Assembly (NCBI GenBank): GCA_043800555.1
Contig: JAZDMX010000007.1
Location: 26,683 to 90,682 of the forward strand
Reading direction: 5' to 3'
Source: Candidatus Omnitrophota bacterium
Lineage (GTDB): Bacteria; Omnitrophota; Gorgyraeia; Gygaellales; Profunditerraquicolaceae
Length of the DNA stretch: 64,000 nt
Shown one piece after another: positions 20,665-30,612 of the stretch. Position 1 is the stretch's first letter. Each line of letters begins with the position of its first letter. Made by a program: the position numbers and the translations under genes. The notes beneath the pieces are model-generated. The model had not been told where the DNA came from, did not search any database, and was given only the letters and a program-made list of their open reading frames with translations.

Positions 20665-21402
20665 CTATTGAACGAATTTATCTTTTGCTGCGGTTAAATA
20701 CTTAAAATCTCCGATGTCATACCAGGCCCCCGGAAAAACAAAACCGTAAGTATCAGCCCTGTCTTTGAGCCAACCTATGTAATTACCCGTAGCATCGGCA
20801 TTATCCCTAATTTTCATGTAATCCTTAATCAAGCCCAAACGCTCAGCTGGGATATAATATAAACACATTGCCACTAATCTGGACCGGGGGTGCCTGGGTT
20901 TTTCCTGAAAGCCAACAACCCTCCTGTTTTTATCCAGCTTAACCACGCCGTAACGTGAGGCTTCTTTCAACTCTCTCAATCTATAAACACCGATAGTAAC
21001 TGCCGGCTTATTCTTTCCGGCAAAACTTAAGAAATCTTTTAACTTTGCGTCAAACAGGTTATCGCCTCCAATAATCAAGATATCCTGGTTGATGCGCTTC
21101 TTGCTTATGGCAAAATTTACGTCCCCGATTGCCCCCAGCCTATCGCTGTTAGTCTTGGTAAGATCATCCAACAGCGTAAGTTCCTTATTCACCTTAACCG
21201 ACTTCTTCCACTGGCGGAACTTGGCGATAAACTTGCTATTGGTCACTACAATTATTTCCTCGACCTGCCTTATAGCCTCCAGCTTACTAACGATATAATC
21301 AAGGATCGGCTTATCTTTAACCTTAAGCAAGGGCTTAGGGTATGCTTTAGTTAAAGGGTACAGGCGCGTAGCGTATCCGGCAGCTAATATTATCGCTTTC
21401 AT
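20665..21402 (-). CDS. Sugar-phosphate nucleotidyltransferase family protein
   Basis: ILAAGYATRLYPLT..PKPLL, GDN, EKP, WYDIG. Confidence 0.92.
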   Translation of the reverse strand: MKAIILAAGYATRLYPLTKAYPKPLLKVKDKPILDYIVSKLEAIRQVEEIIVVTNSKFIAKFRQWKKSVKVNKELTLLDDLTKTNSDRLGAIGDVNFAISKKRINQDILIIGGDNLFDAKLKDFLSFAGKNKPAVTIGVYRLRELKEASRYGVVKLDKNRRVVGFQEKPRHPRSRLVAMCLYYIPAERLGLIKDYMKIRDNADATGNYIGWLKDRADTYGFVFPGAWYDIGDFKYLTAAKDKFVQ

Positions 21403-21456
21403 ATCTTGAACCGTTTTTCCCGGACATTGCTTAAGTTAAGGAGGTAAGCCCCGGGT

Positions 21457-23187
21457 TTATTTTAATATCTTCTTTAGCTTCGCCTGCGCAAATTCTTCAA
21501 CCTTGGCCCCAGTTGAAAAAGTTAAAGCCTCCGCAGCGATACTTTGCGCTTCTTTAAGGGAAACCGATCGAATCAAATATTTCAGCTCCGGTATTACCTG
21601 GGGAGGCATACTGAACTCATCCAGGCCTAATCCTAAAAGTATCAAAGCAAAGCTTGCTTCTCCGGCCATCTCTCCGCACATCCCGACATTAATATTGGCT
21701 TGGTGCGCGGAATCGATGATATTTTTGATCAGGCGTAAAACCGCCGGATGCGCAGGCTCATAAAGATAGGCCACCTTCTCATTGGTGCGGTCAACCGCCA
21801 AAGAATACTGGATCAAATCATTGCTTCCGATGCTAAAAAAATCCGCTTCTTTAGCCAGTATATCCGCGGTCATTGCGGCCGAGGGGACTTCAATCATCGC
21901 GCCAACCTGGATATCTTCATCAAAAGGCATACCTTTGGCCTTAAGCTCCTGCCTTGCCTCTTCAAGTATTTTGTTTGCCTGCCTTAACTCTTCGATACCG
22001 GAAATCATCGGATACATAAGTTTCAGGTTACCGTGTACCGAAGCCCTAAGGATCGCCCTTAATTGCATCCGGAATATATCCGGCCGGGCCAAACAAAACC
22101 GGATCGCCCTCCAACCCAAAAATGGATGCATTTCATGCGGAAGCTGGAATTGCGACAAAAACTTATCTCCGCCTAAATCAAGCGTGCGGATAATCACCGG
22201 ATAAGGATTCATTTCTTCAGCTACATACTTATAAGCCTGATAATGGTCTTCTTCCGTAGGCAAATCCTTCCTGTTCATATAAAAGAACTCCGTGCGGTAG
22301 AGGCCGATACCTTCGCCCCCGTGAAGTTTCACTGCCGGCACTTCTTCGGGAAATTCTATATTGGCATTTATTTCAATTTTATTGCCGTCAAGGGTAAGCG
22401 CCGGAAGATCCTTAGCCAAAAGAAACTTCTCGGCTACCCCCCTAAGTTTTACCTCCGCCGTACGATACGAATCAAGAGTTTCTTCATCGGGATTTATGAT
22501 GACGATGCCAAGAACCCCGTCTACTATCAGCGTATCCCCCTGATTAATTTTAAGGGTCGCATCCTCAACGCCGACTACTGCAGGTATCTCCAAAGATTTG
22601 GCCATAATCGCCGTATGCGAGGTCTTGCCTCCGATGTCGGTAACAAATCCGGCCACATTCTTTTTATGCATCGCCGCCGTATCCGACGGAGAGAGATCAT
22701 GCGCTACCACAACCACCCTGTCCTTGAGTTCTCCCAGGCCCCTGGCCTCTTTCCCCAAAAGATTACGCAATATCCTTTTGCCCACGTCATTTATGTCGGC
22801 GATACGCTCTTTAAGATACTCGTCTTCTATCTTGGCAAAAACAGAAATGTATTTCTTTAAAACCTCCTGGAATATAAAGGCGACATTAAGTTTGTCTTTC
22901 TTCAGCCGGGAGATTACTTCTTCGATAAGCATACGGTCTTCAAGGACAAGCAAATGAGCATCAAAAATCTGCGCCTCTTCCTGGCCCATATCCGCGCTTA
23001 TCCTCTTTTGCAGTTCAATAATCTCCCTGCGCGTACGGATTAAGGCTTCTTCGAAAAGCTGTATCTGGATTGGGATATCCGTATCAACGATAGATATTCT
23101 GGGGATAATAAACTCTTCCTTGCCTATCTTGTACGCCGTTCCGATGCTAATGCCGCCGGCAGCGGCTATGCCTTTAATCTGAATCAT
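21457..23187 (-). CDS. ptsI: PTS enzyme I (phosphoenolpyruvate-protein phosphotransferase)
   Basis: GGKTSHTAI (phospho-His), GLYRTEF, RTLDLGGDK, FSIGSNDL, CGEMA. Confidence 0.97.
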   Translation of the reverse strand: MIQIKGIAAAGGISIGTAYKIGKEEFIIPRISIVDTDIPIQIQLFEEALIRTRREIIELQKRISADMGQEEAQIFDAHLLVLEDRMLIEEVISRLKKDKLNVAFIFQEVLKKYISVFAKIEDEYLKERIADINDVGKRILRNLLGKEARGLGELKDRVVVVAHDLSPSDTAAMHKKNVAGFVTDIGGKTSHTAIMAKSLEIPAVVGVEDATLKINQGDTLIVDGVLGIVIINPDEETLDSYRTAEVKLRGVAEKFLLAKDLPALTLDGNKIEINANIEFPEEVPAVKLHGGEGIGLYRTEFFYMNRKDLPTEEDHYQAYKYVAEEMNPYPVIIRTLDLGGDKFLSQFQLPHEMHPFLGWRAIRFCLARPDIFRMQLRAILRASVHGNLKLMYPMISGIEELRQANKILEEARQELKAKGMPFDEDIQVGAMIEVPSAAMTADILAKEADFFSIGSNDLIQYSLAVDRTNEKVAYLYEPAHPAVLRLIKNIIDSAHQANINVGMCGEMAGEASFALILLGLGLDEFSMPPQVIPELKYLIRSVSLKEAQSIAAEALTFSTGAKVEEFAQAKLKKILK

Positions 23188-23453
23188 CGGTCATCCTCAT
23201 TAGTGATTACCTTCTCCAATTCTACCAAAGCCGCCTGCGCGTCTTCTCCCTCGGCTTCAATCATAATCACGCTATCTTTTTCCGCGCCTAACATAAGTAT
23301 CCCCATAATCGACTTGCCGTTAACTTCTTCGCTATCGTGTTTAACGGTTATGCGGGATTCAAATTTATTCGCTACCTGGACAAACAAAGCTGCCGGCCGC
23401 GCATGTAAGCCTGATTTATTCTTTACTATTAATTGTTTTCTAGCTAGCGCCAT
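23184..23453 (-). CDS. ptsH: Phosphocarrier protein HPr
   Basis: GLHARPA (His15), NGKSIMG (Ser46). Confidence 0.96.
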   Translation of the reverse strand: MALARKQLIVKNKSGLHARPAALFVQVANKFESRITVKHDSEEVNGKSIMGILMLGAEKDSVIMIEAEGEDAQAALVELEKVITNEDDR

Positions 23454-23472
23454 TTTAAATATGCGTGTATTT

Positions 23473-24714
23473 TTATATCTCTTCGATCAAACCCAAAACA
23501 ATCTTAGCCAGCTTCTCCGGATCATGCCTGATTACGCCTTCTTCGGTAATGCCAAATTCATCTTCGATGACCCGGTAACCCATCTCTTCGATTTTCTTCC
23601 TATCGTTAACCACCAGATACGAACCCTGCTGGGAATAACGCTTAAGCACGCTTTGCGGTATCTCTCCCGTATTTACAATACAATAATCGATGATGCGCGG
23701 GTGAGAATGCCCCACTAAAACTTTAATATGTTCGGAGGCCACAAAACCATCTGTCTCTCCCGGCTGGGTCATCGCATTACATACATAAACTTTAAGCGCC
23801 TGCGAAGAGCTGACAGCTTCCGTAATCTCCTGAATTAATAGATTAGGGATAATGCTTGTATATAACGAACCGGGGCCCAAAACAATCACCTGGGCTTCTT
23901 TTATCGCTTTAATCGCGTCAGGCGTAGCCAACGACTGCGCGGGATTTAGATAAACCTTATTTATCGAGCGATGGGTTTTGGGAATCTTGTTCTCGCCTAC
24001 CGTAGTTGTCCCGTCCTTATGCTCGGCTACTAAAACCACTTTGTTCAAAGTTGACGGAATAACCTGGCCCCTAAGGGCCAAAACCCTGCTTGTCTCTTTA
24101 ATAGCCTTCTCAAAGTCGCCGGTCAGCTGCGTCATGACCGTTATAAAAAGGTTCCCGAAGCTATGTCCCGATAACGCCGAATTCGTATCGAAACGGAACT
24201 GAAACAACTCCCGCATCAATGCCGGGGCATCGGCCAAAGCCACCAGGCAATTACGGATATCTCCCGGCGGAAGCATGCCGAATTCTTCCCTGATCCTGCC
24301 GCTGGAACCCCCATCATCGGCGACAGTAACTATTGCCGATAAATTAGTAGTAAATTGTTTTAAGCCGGTCAAAAGGACCGAAAGGCCTGTCCCTCCCCCG
24401 ATAACTACCACTTTAGGGCCGCGCGAAAGCTGCCTATTCTGATAAATTATGTCAAAAAGTTCGGCGCCCTTAGAAGAAGGCACAAACGCGGCTACAAAAG
24501 AACGCATTAAGCGTTTTATGCCAAGGATCAAGATTACAATCCCGGAAAATAAGATTATTGAATCCAGGACCTGTATGCCTAAAAACTCTTCGGCGCGCAG
24601 GTGGCTGGCGGCAAAGATTAAAAGCAAAACTCCAAAAACACTTAAAGCGATCCAACGCTTAAGCCCTATGCCGGGATAAAACCATTTGAGCATGCTATGA
24701 ATATTCTTAGTCAT
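23473..24714 (-). CDS. YvcK/CuvA (UPF0052) family protein with N-terminal TM segments
   Basis: GGGTGL, DDGGSSG, PGDIRNC, GHSFGN, GPGSLYTS. Confidence 0.93.
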   Translation of the reverse strand: MTKNIHSMLKWFYPGIGLKRWIALSVFGVLLLIFAASHLRAEEFLGIQVLDSIILFSGIVILILGIKRLMRSFVAAFVPSSKGAELFDIIYQNRQLSRGPKVVVIGGGTGLSVLLTGLKQFTTNLSAIVTVADDGGSSGRIREEFGMLPPGDIRNCLVALADAPALMRELFQFRFDTNSALSGHSFGNLFITVMTQLTGDFEKAIKETSRVLALRGQVIPSTLNKVVLVAEHKDGTTTVGENKIPKTHRSINKVYLNPAQSLATPDAIKAIKEAQVIVLGPGSLYTSIIPNLLIQEITEAVSSSQALKVYVCNAMTQPGETDGFVASEHIKVLVGHSHPRIIDYCIVNTGEIPQSVLKRYSQQGSYLVVNDRKKIEEMGYRVIEDEFGITEEGVIRHDPEKLAKIVLGLIEEI

Positions 24715-24835
24715 ATTTATGCTTCTTTTACGGCGGCAAAAGGCTTAATAAACCCCGTTAAATACCTGGCGTGTGAAAAGCCCAAGCCACAGGCAAAATC
24801 AACTTTAGCCGATATAGCCGTTATTTTGGCCCGGC

Positions 24836-25306
24836 CTAAATCTTTTTCTCGTCTTCCTGAGATATAATCTTAATAACAGCTTTATCGTCTTCGCAATTAC
24901 GCAAAGTATCGCGGAAGTATTTATCCTTAAGGAGCCGGGAGATGCGAGCCAAGGCTTTTAAGTGCGGTCCGGCAGAATCCTGAGGGGCAACCAAAAGAAA
25001 GAAAATATAAGCCAACTCGCCGTCCAAAGAATCGAAATCTACGCCTTTTTTGGAAAGGGCGAATGCCGCGACCAGATTCTCTACGCAATCAGACTTTGCG
25101 TGCGGGATAGCGATACCCTGGCCGATAGCGGTTGACCCCAGGGCTTCCCGGGCCATAAGCGATTCTATGAGCTTGGCGCGGCAGCGCTTTTCGATATCGC
25201 CGGAAGCGACAAGAACATCAACCAGCTCTTTAATGACGTCTTCTTTTTTAGTGGATTGTATGTCGGTGAGGATAGCTTTCTTAGATAAGAAATCCATAAC
25301 TTGCAT
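24836..25306 (-). CDS. ptsN: PTS EIIA (Ntr/fructose-type)
   Basis: REALGSTAIGQGIAIPHA, FDSLDG, HLKALARISRLL. Confidence 0.9.
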   Translation of the reverse strand: MQVMDFLSKKAILTDIQSTKKEDVIKELVDVLVASGDIEKRCRAKLIESLMAREALGSTAIGQGIAIPHAKSDCVENLVAAFALSKKGVDFDSLDGELAYIFFLLVAPQDSAGPHLKALARISRLLKDKYFRDTLRNCEDDKAVIKIISQEDEKKI

Positions 25307-25344
25307 GATGATTCTCCTTTCGAATTATACATTATACCGAATAC

Positions 25345-25420
25345 TGGAGCGGGAGGCGGGATTCGAACCCGTGACATCAACCTTGGCAAGGTTGCGCTCT
25401 ACCAGCTGAGCTACTCCCGC
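25345..25420 (-). tRNA. tRNA-Gly(GCC), CCA encoded
   Basis: GCGGGAGTAGCTCAGCTGGTAGAGCGCAACCTTGCCAAGGTTGATGTCACGGGTTCGAATCCCGCCTCCCGCTCCA. Confidence 0.96.
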
Positions 25421-25532
25421 ATTTTTTAGAAGAACGTTTCTAGCTTGCCATTAACGGCCGAAGGATTTTTTACGTGGCGGGCGCAAAAGAATCTTCCCGT
25501 AAAAATGTTTTGTTTTTAGCCGCATTTCAAAA

Positions 25533-25613
25533 TGCGGACGGAGGGACTTGAACCCCCATGAGTTTCCCCACGAGGTCCTAAGCCTCGCGCGTCTGCCATT
25601 CCGCCACGTCCGC
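25533..25613 (-). tRNA. tRNA-Leu(TAG), long variable arm, no encoded CCA
   Basis: GCGGACGTGGCGGAATGGCAGACGCGCGAGGCTTAGGACCTCGTGGGGAAACTCATGGGGGTTCAAGTCCCTCCGTCCGCA. Confidence 0.95.
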
Positions 25614-25635
25614 GTTCATCAAACTTATGCCTTAG

Positions 25636-25653
25636 GAGGCGGGATCCCGCCTC
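25636..25653. repeat. Perfect 18-bp palindrome between tRNA-Lys and tRNA-Leu
   Basis: GAGGCGGGA|TCCCGCCTC. Confidence 0.8.
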
Positions 25654-25704
25654 TATCTTATTTTCAACTGGCGGGCGGGAAAATGATCCCCAGGTAAAAC
25701 TAAA

Positions 25705-25777
25705 TGAGCCTCCCGAGACTCGAACTCGGCACACGCGGCTTAAAAAGCCGCTGCTCTACCGGATGAGCTAGAGGCCC
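25705..25777 (-). tRNA. tRNA-Lys(TTT), no encoded CCA
   Basis: GGGCCTCTAGCTCATCCGGTAGAGCAGCGGCTTTTTAAGCCGCGTGTGCCGAGTTCGAGTCTCGGGAGGCTCA. Confidence 0.93.
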
Positions 25778-25801
25778 AAATTTACAATAAAGCTTAAAGC
25801 C

Positions 25802-26362
25802 CTAGAATCCTAGAACTTCTTTTTCCTTATTCTTTAACAGCTCTTCGATCTTACCGATGTATCTATCGACCAGCTTCTGTAATTCATCTATACTGCGGAA
25901 CTTATCATCTTCGGGGATTACCTTGTCTTTCTCCAACTTTTCGATATGCTCTTTGCCATCGCGCCTTATTGTCCTTAGGGACACCCTGCCGCCCTCCGCC
26001 ATTTTATGAATCTCCTTGGCCAATTCCTGGCGCCTTTCTTTGGATAACTGTGGAAAAGATAATCTTATCAATTTTCCATCGTTAGAAGGATTAACCCCTA
26101 AATTAGACTTTAATATCGTCTTTTCGATTTCAACGATAGCCGTAGTATCCCAAGGCTGAATTACCAGTAAATGCGCATCAGCTGCGGAAATAGAAGCCAA
26201 CTGCTTAAGTAAAGTAGGCGTGCCGTAATAATCAATATGCAGGCCTTCGACTAAAGCGGGGCTGGCCCTGCCGGTGCGAATTTCTAGAAATTCGCGGGTC
26301 ATCGATTCAAAAGCCTTCTTCATTTTTTCTTCAGTGCTATGCAAGATTTCTTTGGTAGTCAT
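25802..26362 (-). CDS. frr: Ribosome recycling factor
   Basis: IRTGRASP, YYGTPT, QPWD, NDGKLIR; start moved to MTTKE behind GGAGG. Confidence 0.97.
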   Translation of the reverse strand: MTTKEILHSTEEKMKKAFESMTREFLEIRTGRASPALVEGLHIDYYGTPTLLKQLASISAADAHLLVIQPWDTTAIVEIEKTILKSNLGVNPSNDGKLIRLSFPQLSKERRQELAKEIHKMAEGGRVSLRTIRRDGKEHIEKLEKDKVIPEDDKFRSIDELQKLVDRYIGKIEELLKNKEKEVLGF

Positions 26363-26387
26363 GCTCCTCCCGCTTTTTATCCAAGGG

Positions 26388-27107
26388 TTACGACACAACC
26401 GTCCCTATCTTCTCCCCTAATACTACGCGTTTGATATTGCCTTTTGTCGCTAAACTAAAAACTACGATAGGAAGCTTATTGTCCATGCAAAGGCTAACCG
26501 CGGTAGCATCCATCACCTTTAGCCCTTTTTTAAGCACATCGATATATTTCAACTGCCTAAATTTCCTGGCGTTCTTGACTCTCAACGGATCTGCCGAATA
26601 AACTCCGTCTACCTGAGTGGCCTTAAGTATGGCATCGGCATTAACCTCCATTGCCCTGAGCGCGGCTGCCGTATCGGTTGTAAAATAAGGGTTGCCGGTC
26701 CCGGCTACAAATATAACCACTCTACCCTTCTCCAGGTGGCGTATGGCCCGCCTTCTGATATATGGCTCGGCAATCCGCTCCATGTCAATCGCAGTCATAA
26801 CCCTGGTTGGAACCCCCGCTTTTTCAAGGGAATCCTGCAAGGCCAAGCCGTTAATTACGGTGGCCAGCATTCCCATATAATCAGCGACTGACCTGTCCAT
26901 ATCCAAACCGCGCGAGCCCGTATTTTCCTGCCCGCGGAAGATATTCCCGGCGCCGAAAACCACTGCCACATCCACTTTCAAATCGCGGATTTCTTTTATT
27001 TGGCGGGAAACAGATATTAAGACCGCCTGGTCTATACCATGAGATTTTCTTCCCTGGAGAGCCTCGCCGCTTAACTTAAGGACTATTCTTTTATAGACTG
27101 GGACCAT
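26388..27107 (-). CDS. pyrH: UMP kinase
   Basis: [36 protein letters not shown]. Confidence 0.97.
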   Translation of the reverse strand: MVPVYKRIVLKLSGEALQGRKSHGIDQAVLISVSRQIKEIRDLKVDVAVVFGAGNIFRGQENTGSRGLDMDRSVADYMGMLATVINGLALQDSLEKAGVPTRVMTAIDMERIAEPYIRRRAIRHLEKGRVVIFVAGTGNPYFTTDTAAALRAMEVNADAILKATQVDGVYSADPLRVKNARKFRQLKYIDVLKKGLKVMDATAVSLCMDNKLPIVVFSLATKGNIKRVVLGEKIGTVVS

Positions 27108-27645
27108 TGGTATTATTCGCCGACTTTAAAACGCGTAACCTGCGCACAACGACATTCTCGCCGATTTTTGCTACCAGGCTGCCTAAGTAATCTTTAACCG
27201 TAATAGAAGGGTCTTTAACAAAAGGCTGTTCCATTAGACAGTGATTTTTATAAAAATCTTCCTTGCTCTTTTCATGCTCAACGACCTCAACCGGTACATC
27301 TTCTTTCTTTATATACAAAGGGCTGGTAGCTGTTATATGCATGGCCAAGTCCTTGGTGAAACGCCCAAAATCTTCATTCTTGGCCACAAAATCCGATTCG
27401 CAATCAACCTCAAGCAACACGCCCACTTTATTGCCGTGATGCACATACGCCTCTATCCGGCCTTCCTTGGCCGCCCGGGACTGTTTCTTGGCAGCAATCT
27501 CCAAACCTTGTTTACGCAATAATTCTGCCGCCTTCTTGATATCTCCTTTTGCATCCTCAAGCGCCTTCTTGCAATGGGCCACGCTTGAAGAAGTAATTTC
27601 TCTTAGCTCCTTGATTGACTCTACCGATACGCTCATTTTGCTCAT
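27091..27645 (-). CDS. tsf: Elongation factor Ts (short form); apparent 1-nt deletion near the 3' end
   Basis: [30 protein letters not shown]; the canonical end RRFTRFKVGE* lies in the neighbouring frame (stop at 27113-27115). Confidence 0.95.
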   Translation of the reverse strand: MSKMSVSVESIKELREITSSSVAHCKKALEDAKGDIKKAAELLRKQGLEIAAKKQSRAAKEGRIEAYVHHGNKVGVLLEVDCESDFVAKNEDFGRFTKDLAMHITATSPLYIKKEDVPVEVVEHEKSKEDFYKNHCLMEQPFVKDPSITVKDYLGSLVAKIGENVVVRRLRVLKSANNTNGPSL

Positions 27646-28541
27646 ACCTTTCTCTTGATCTTTCCCCTCGCATCAATTACCGGCTTAACATGCCCTTTTT
27701 TCACGGATTTGGCCGCCTCGTCAACAGGCTCGGCTGTCTCCACAATCTCTTCGATTTCTTTAATCTTGATTTCTTCTTCCGGCAGCAATACAGCCTCTTG
27801 CGGCTTAGCTATATCCTCTTCTTTAATCTTTACGCCCTCTTGAGCCATATAAGAAAGGAACTTCTTCCTGCCTTCGATAATCGTATCCGTAATAATGTTA
27901 GCCACGACCTTAATAGATTTAGTCGCATCATCATTGCCGGGAATAGGATAATCGACTAAATCCGGGTTAGAATTAGTATCAATAAGGGCTATAACGGCTA
28001 TGCCGAGGCGCTTCGCCTCTTTTACCGCTGTGTCTTCTTTGCTGGTATCTACCACAAAGACGGCTTTAGGCATACGCTCCATTAGAACGATTCCGGAAAA
28101 ATTCTTATTCAGCTTTGCCAGCTCTTTTTCAAGCCCCGCAACTTCCTTTTTGGTAAACTTGGCAAATGTCCCGTCTTCACGCATCTTCTCTATCGCTTTC
28201 AGGCGGTTGATGCTCTTTTTAATGGTGGAAAAATTTGTTAAAAGCCCTCCCGGCCAACGGTCAGTCACGTAATACATGCCGGAGCGCTGCGCCTCCTGCA
28301 ACATAACCTCCTGCGCCTGCTTCTTAGTCCCCACAAAAAGCACGTATTCTCCCTTTGAGGTTATATCCAACAGGAAATCCCTGGCCTTGTTTATGCATTC
28401 TTCGGTTTTCTCAAGGTCGATAATATAAATACCGCTTCTTGAACCAAAGATAAACTTTTTCATTTTTGGGTTCCAGCGTTTAGTCTGGTGCCCGAAATGC
28501 ACCCCTGCTTCCAGTAACTGCTTGATTAAATCTGATGGCAC
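27642..28541 (-). CDS. rpsB: 30S ribosomal protein S2 with acidic C-terminal tail
   Basis: LLEAGVHFGHQT..WNPKM, RWPGGLLTN, DTN, PGNDDA. Confidence 0.98.
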   Translation of the reverse strand: MPSDLIKQLLEAGVHFGHQTKRWNPKMKKFIFGSRSGIYIIDLEKTEECINKARDFLLDITSKGEYVLFVGTKKQAQEVMLQEAQRSGMYYVTDRWPGGLLTNFSTIKKSINRLKAIEKMREDGTFAKFTKKEVAGLEKELAKLNKNFSGIVLMERMPKAVFVVDTSKEDTAVKEAKRLGIAVIALIDTNSNPDLVDYPIPGNDDATKSIKVVANIITDTIIEGRKKFLSYMAQEGVKIKEEDIAKPQEAVLLPEEEIKIKEIEEIVETAEPVDEAAKSVKKGHVKPVIDARGKIKRKV

Positions 28542-28574
28542 GGTAACCTTCTCCTTTTTAGCTTGTTGATATGA

Positions 28575-28642
28575 ACTGCTTCTTTTGGCTTAGCGGAAGC
28601 AGTAGAATTCTATTATTTTAACAAATTTACGCGAATTTGCAA
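28575..28642 (-). promoter_or_regulatory. Sigma70-type promoter and leader hairpin for rpsB-tsf
   Basis: TTGCAA-16 nt-TAAAAT with TG extension (28642-28615); hairpin ACTGCTTC/GAAGCAGT at 28575-28603. Confidence 0.6.
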
Positions 28643-30433
28643 CTATTTTCGCAATTCTTGCATCAAATAAAGCTTTTTATATAAACCATCCAGCTTTAAT
28701 AATTCTTCATGGGTCCCTGTTTCGGCAACCACTCCCTTATCCAAAACTACTATTTTATGGGCGTTTATTACGGTAGAAAGCCTGTGGGCAATCACAAAAA
28801 CCGTACGGCCCTGAATAAGCCGGTCCAAAGCATCCTGGACTATTTTTTCCGACTCCGAATCCAGCTGAGAGGTAGCTTCATCAAGAATTAGAATAGGCGG
28901 ATTTTTAAGCAAGGCTCGAGCAATGGCTATCCTCTGGCGCTCTCCTCCCGAAATACGCATTCCCCTATCGCCGATAACCGTTTCATAACCCAGAGGAAGA
29001 TGGCTGATAAAATCATGGGCATTTGCCTGCCGGGCCGCCTCTGTAATTTCCTCGTCGCTGGAGCAGGGCTTGCCGTAAGCGATATTGGCTTTAATTGTAT
29101 CATTAAAAAGTATGGTTTCCTGAGTAACGATTCCGACAAGCTTACGCAAAGACTTCAGGCTAACTTCTTTAATATCCACCCCATCAATGGCGATTTTCCC
29201 TTTTTTAGGGTCATAAAACCGCGGGATAAGGTCCAAAAGCGTGGTCTTCCCTGTGCCGCTGGGCCCGACAACAGCCAAAACCGAACCGTAGGGAACCTCC
29301 AGGTTTATGCCTTTTAGCACCTGATTATCCCCGTAATTAAACCATACGCCGTTAAAAATAACTTTGCTCTTAAAGCCGGCCAACTCCGGGGCCTGAGGCA
29401 ATTCAACTACGCTGGGCTCTGATTCCAATACTTCGTAAATCCGCTCGCTGGCTGCGGCAGCCTGTTCATTTAAAGAATGCACCTGGCTCAATTTCTTAAA
29501 CGGCCGGATAATCGATACAAGCGAACCAAGAAACAAACCTAAAACTCCAAAAGAGATTTTTCCGGCAATAACTTCCCTGCCTCCCAGAGAAAGTATGATT
29601 ACGGCGGCGATGCAACCTAAAATCTCGGTTGCCGGGCTTAAAATAAGCATCCTCTTAATCGATTTCATGCAAACACGGTAATAATCCTGGCTTACTTTGT
29701 TAAATTTATTTATCTCGTGCTCCTCCATATTAAAACCTTTAACTATGCGGGCGCCGATAATCGTTTCATAAAGTATGGAGTTAGTATCCGCCATTTTCTC
29801 CTGGGAGGCCTTGGATAATTTCCGGAGCTTTTTACCCACGACAGCGATCAAATAACCCAGGATTGCCAAAGGAGGCAGTATAAAGATGACAAATTTTGAA
29901 TAAATAAACATGGCAAAAGAGAAAAATATGATCGTAAGGGCGCTCTGATAAACCAGGTCAGTCGAACCGTAAGAAACAGCGTTCTCGACCAGCTTTACGT
30001 CATTAGTTATCCGCGAAATCATTTCTCCGCCGCGCTTATGGGTAAAATAATCCAGGGAGAGTGACTGAAATTTGGCGTAAAGCCTGGCTTTAATATCCCT
30101 GACAATGCGCTGTCCGACATCCGACATAATATAGCTTTGCCAGAAACCAAAAAACCCTTTAAGAATAAAAAGCAGCACAATCGCTACGGCCATATAGTTC
30201 AAAAGCGTTAACGGCGCCATAGCGTTTATACCAGCGACAAAATTAGCCAAGAACCCGGGTAATTTAACGGGCAGGATAATCTGTTTATTGGTAAGGACCT
30301 TATCCGCCAAAGGGACCATCATAGCCAGGGAAACCCCGTCAAATATAGCCGAAAAGATCATGCAAACCGAAGCTATCACAAACAGCCCGATATAAGGGCG
30401 GATAAATTTTAGTAACTTTAAATAATCTCGCAT
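28643..30433 (-). CDS. msbA: MsbA-like ABC exporter (TMD plus NBD)
   Basis: GPSGTGKT, ISGGERQR, ILDEATS; divergent from the lpxB pair; start moved to MRDYL behind AGGAG. Confidence 0.8.
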   Translation of the reverse strand: MRDYLKLLKFIRPYIGLFVIASVCMIFSAIFDGVSLAMMVPLADKVLTNKQIILPVKLPGFLANFVAGINAMAPLTLLNYMAVAIVLLFILKGFFGFWQSYIMSDVGQRIVRDIKARLYAKFQSLSLDYFTHKRGGEMISRITNDVKLVENAVSYGSTDLVYQSALTIIFFSFAMFIYSKFVIFILPPLAILGYLIAVVGKKLRKLSKASQEKMADTNSILYETIIGARIVKGFNMEEHEINKFNKVSQDYYRVCMKSIKRMLILSPATEILGCIAAVIILSLGGREVIAGKISFGVLGLFLGSLVSIIRPFKKLSQVHSLNEQAAAASERIYEVLESEPSVVELPQAPELAGFKSKVIFNGVWFNYGDNQVLKGINLEVPYGSVLAVVGPSGTGKTTLLDLIPRFYDPKKGKIAIDGVDIKEVSLKSLRKLVGIVTQETILFNDTIKANIAYGKPCSSDEEITEAARQANAHDFISHLPLGYETVIGDRGMRISGGERQRIAIARALLKNPPILILDEATSQLDSESEKIVQDALDRLIQGRTVFVIAHRLSTVINAHKIVVLDKGVVAETGTHEELLKLDGLYKKLYLMQELRK

Positions 30434-30481
30434 GTTTTGGCTCCTGCCTGCTGAATTGCCCCAAGGCCTAAAAGGAAATGT

Positions 30482-30510
30482 ATTGTAGCATATCTGGCGT
30501 ATTGTGACAA
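30482..30510 (-). promoter_or_regulatory. Sigma70-type promoter for msbA
   Basis: TTGTCA-17 nt-TACAAT with TG extension. Confidence 0.55.
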
Positions 30511-30577
30511 CTTTTTTATTGCCCACCGGAGAAGATCCGGGCGTCTTGATAGCCCCTCCCAAAACAGAAGATTATAG

Positions 30578-30606
30578 TTGCATTGAAAGAATGGTTTTGC
30601 TATTAT
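30578..30606 (+). promoter_or_regulatory. Sigma70-type promoter, likely leaderless, for the oxidoreductase-lpxB pair
   Basis: TTGCAT-17 nt-TATTAT with TG extension; ATG 6 nt downstream, no SD. Confidence 0.55.
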
Positions 30607-30612
30607 CCCCTT

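Noticed and set aside
25345-25777. Integrative element at the tRNA cluster
   Set aside because: No integrase or duplicated tRNA 3' end was seen, and both flanks are core genes
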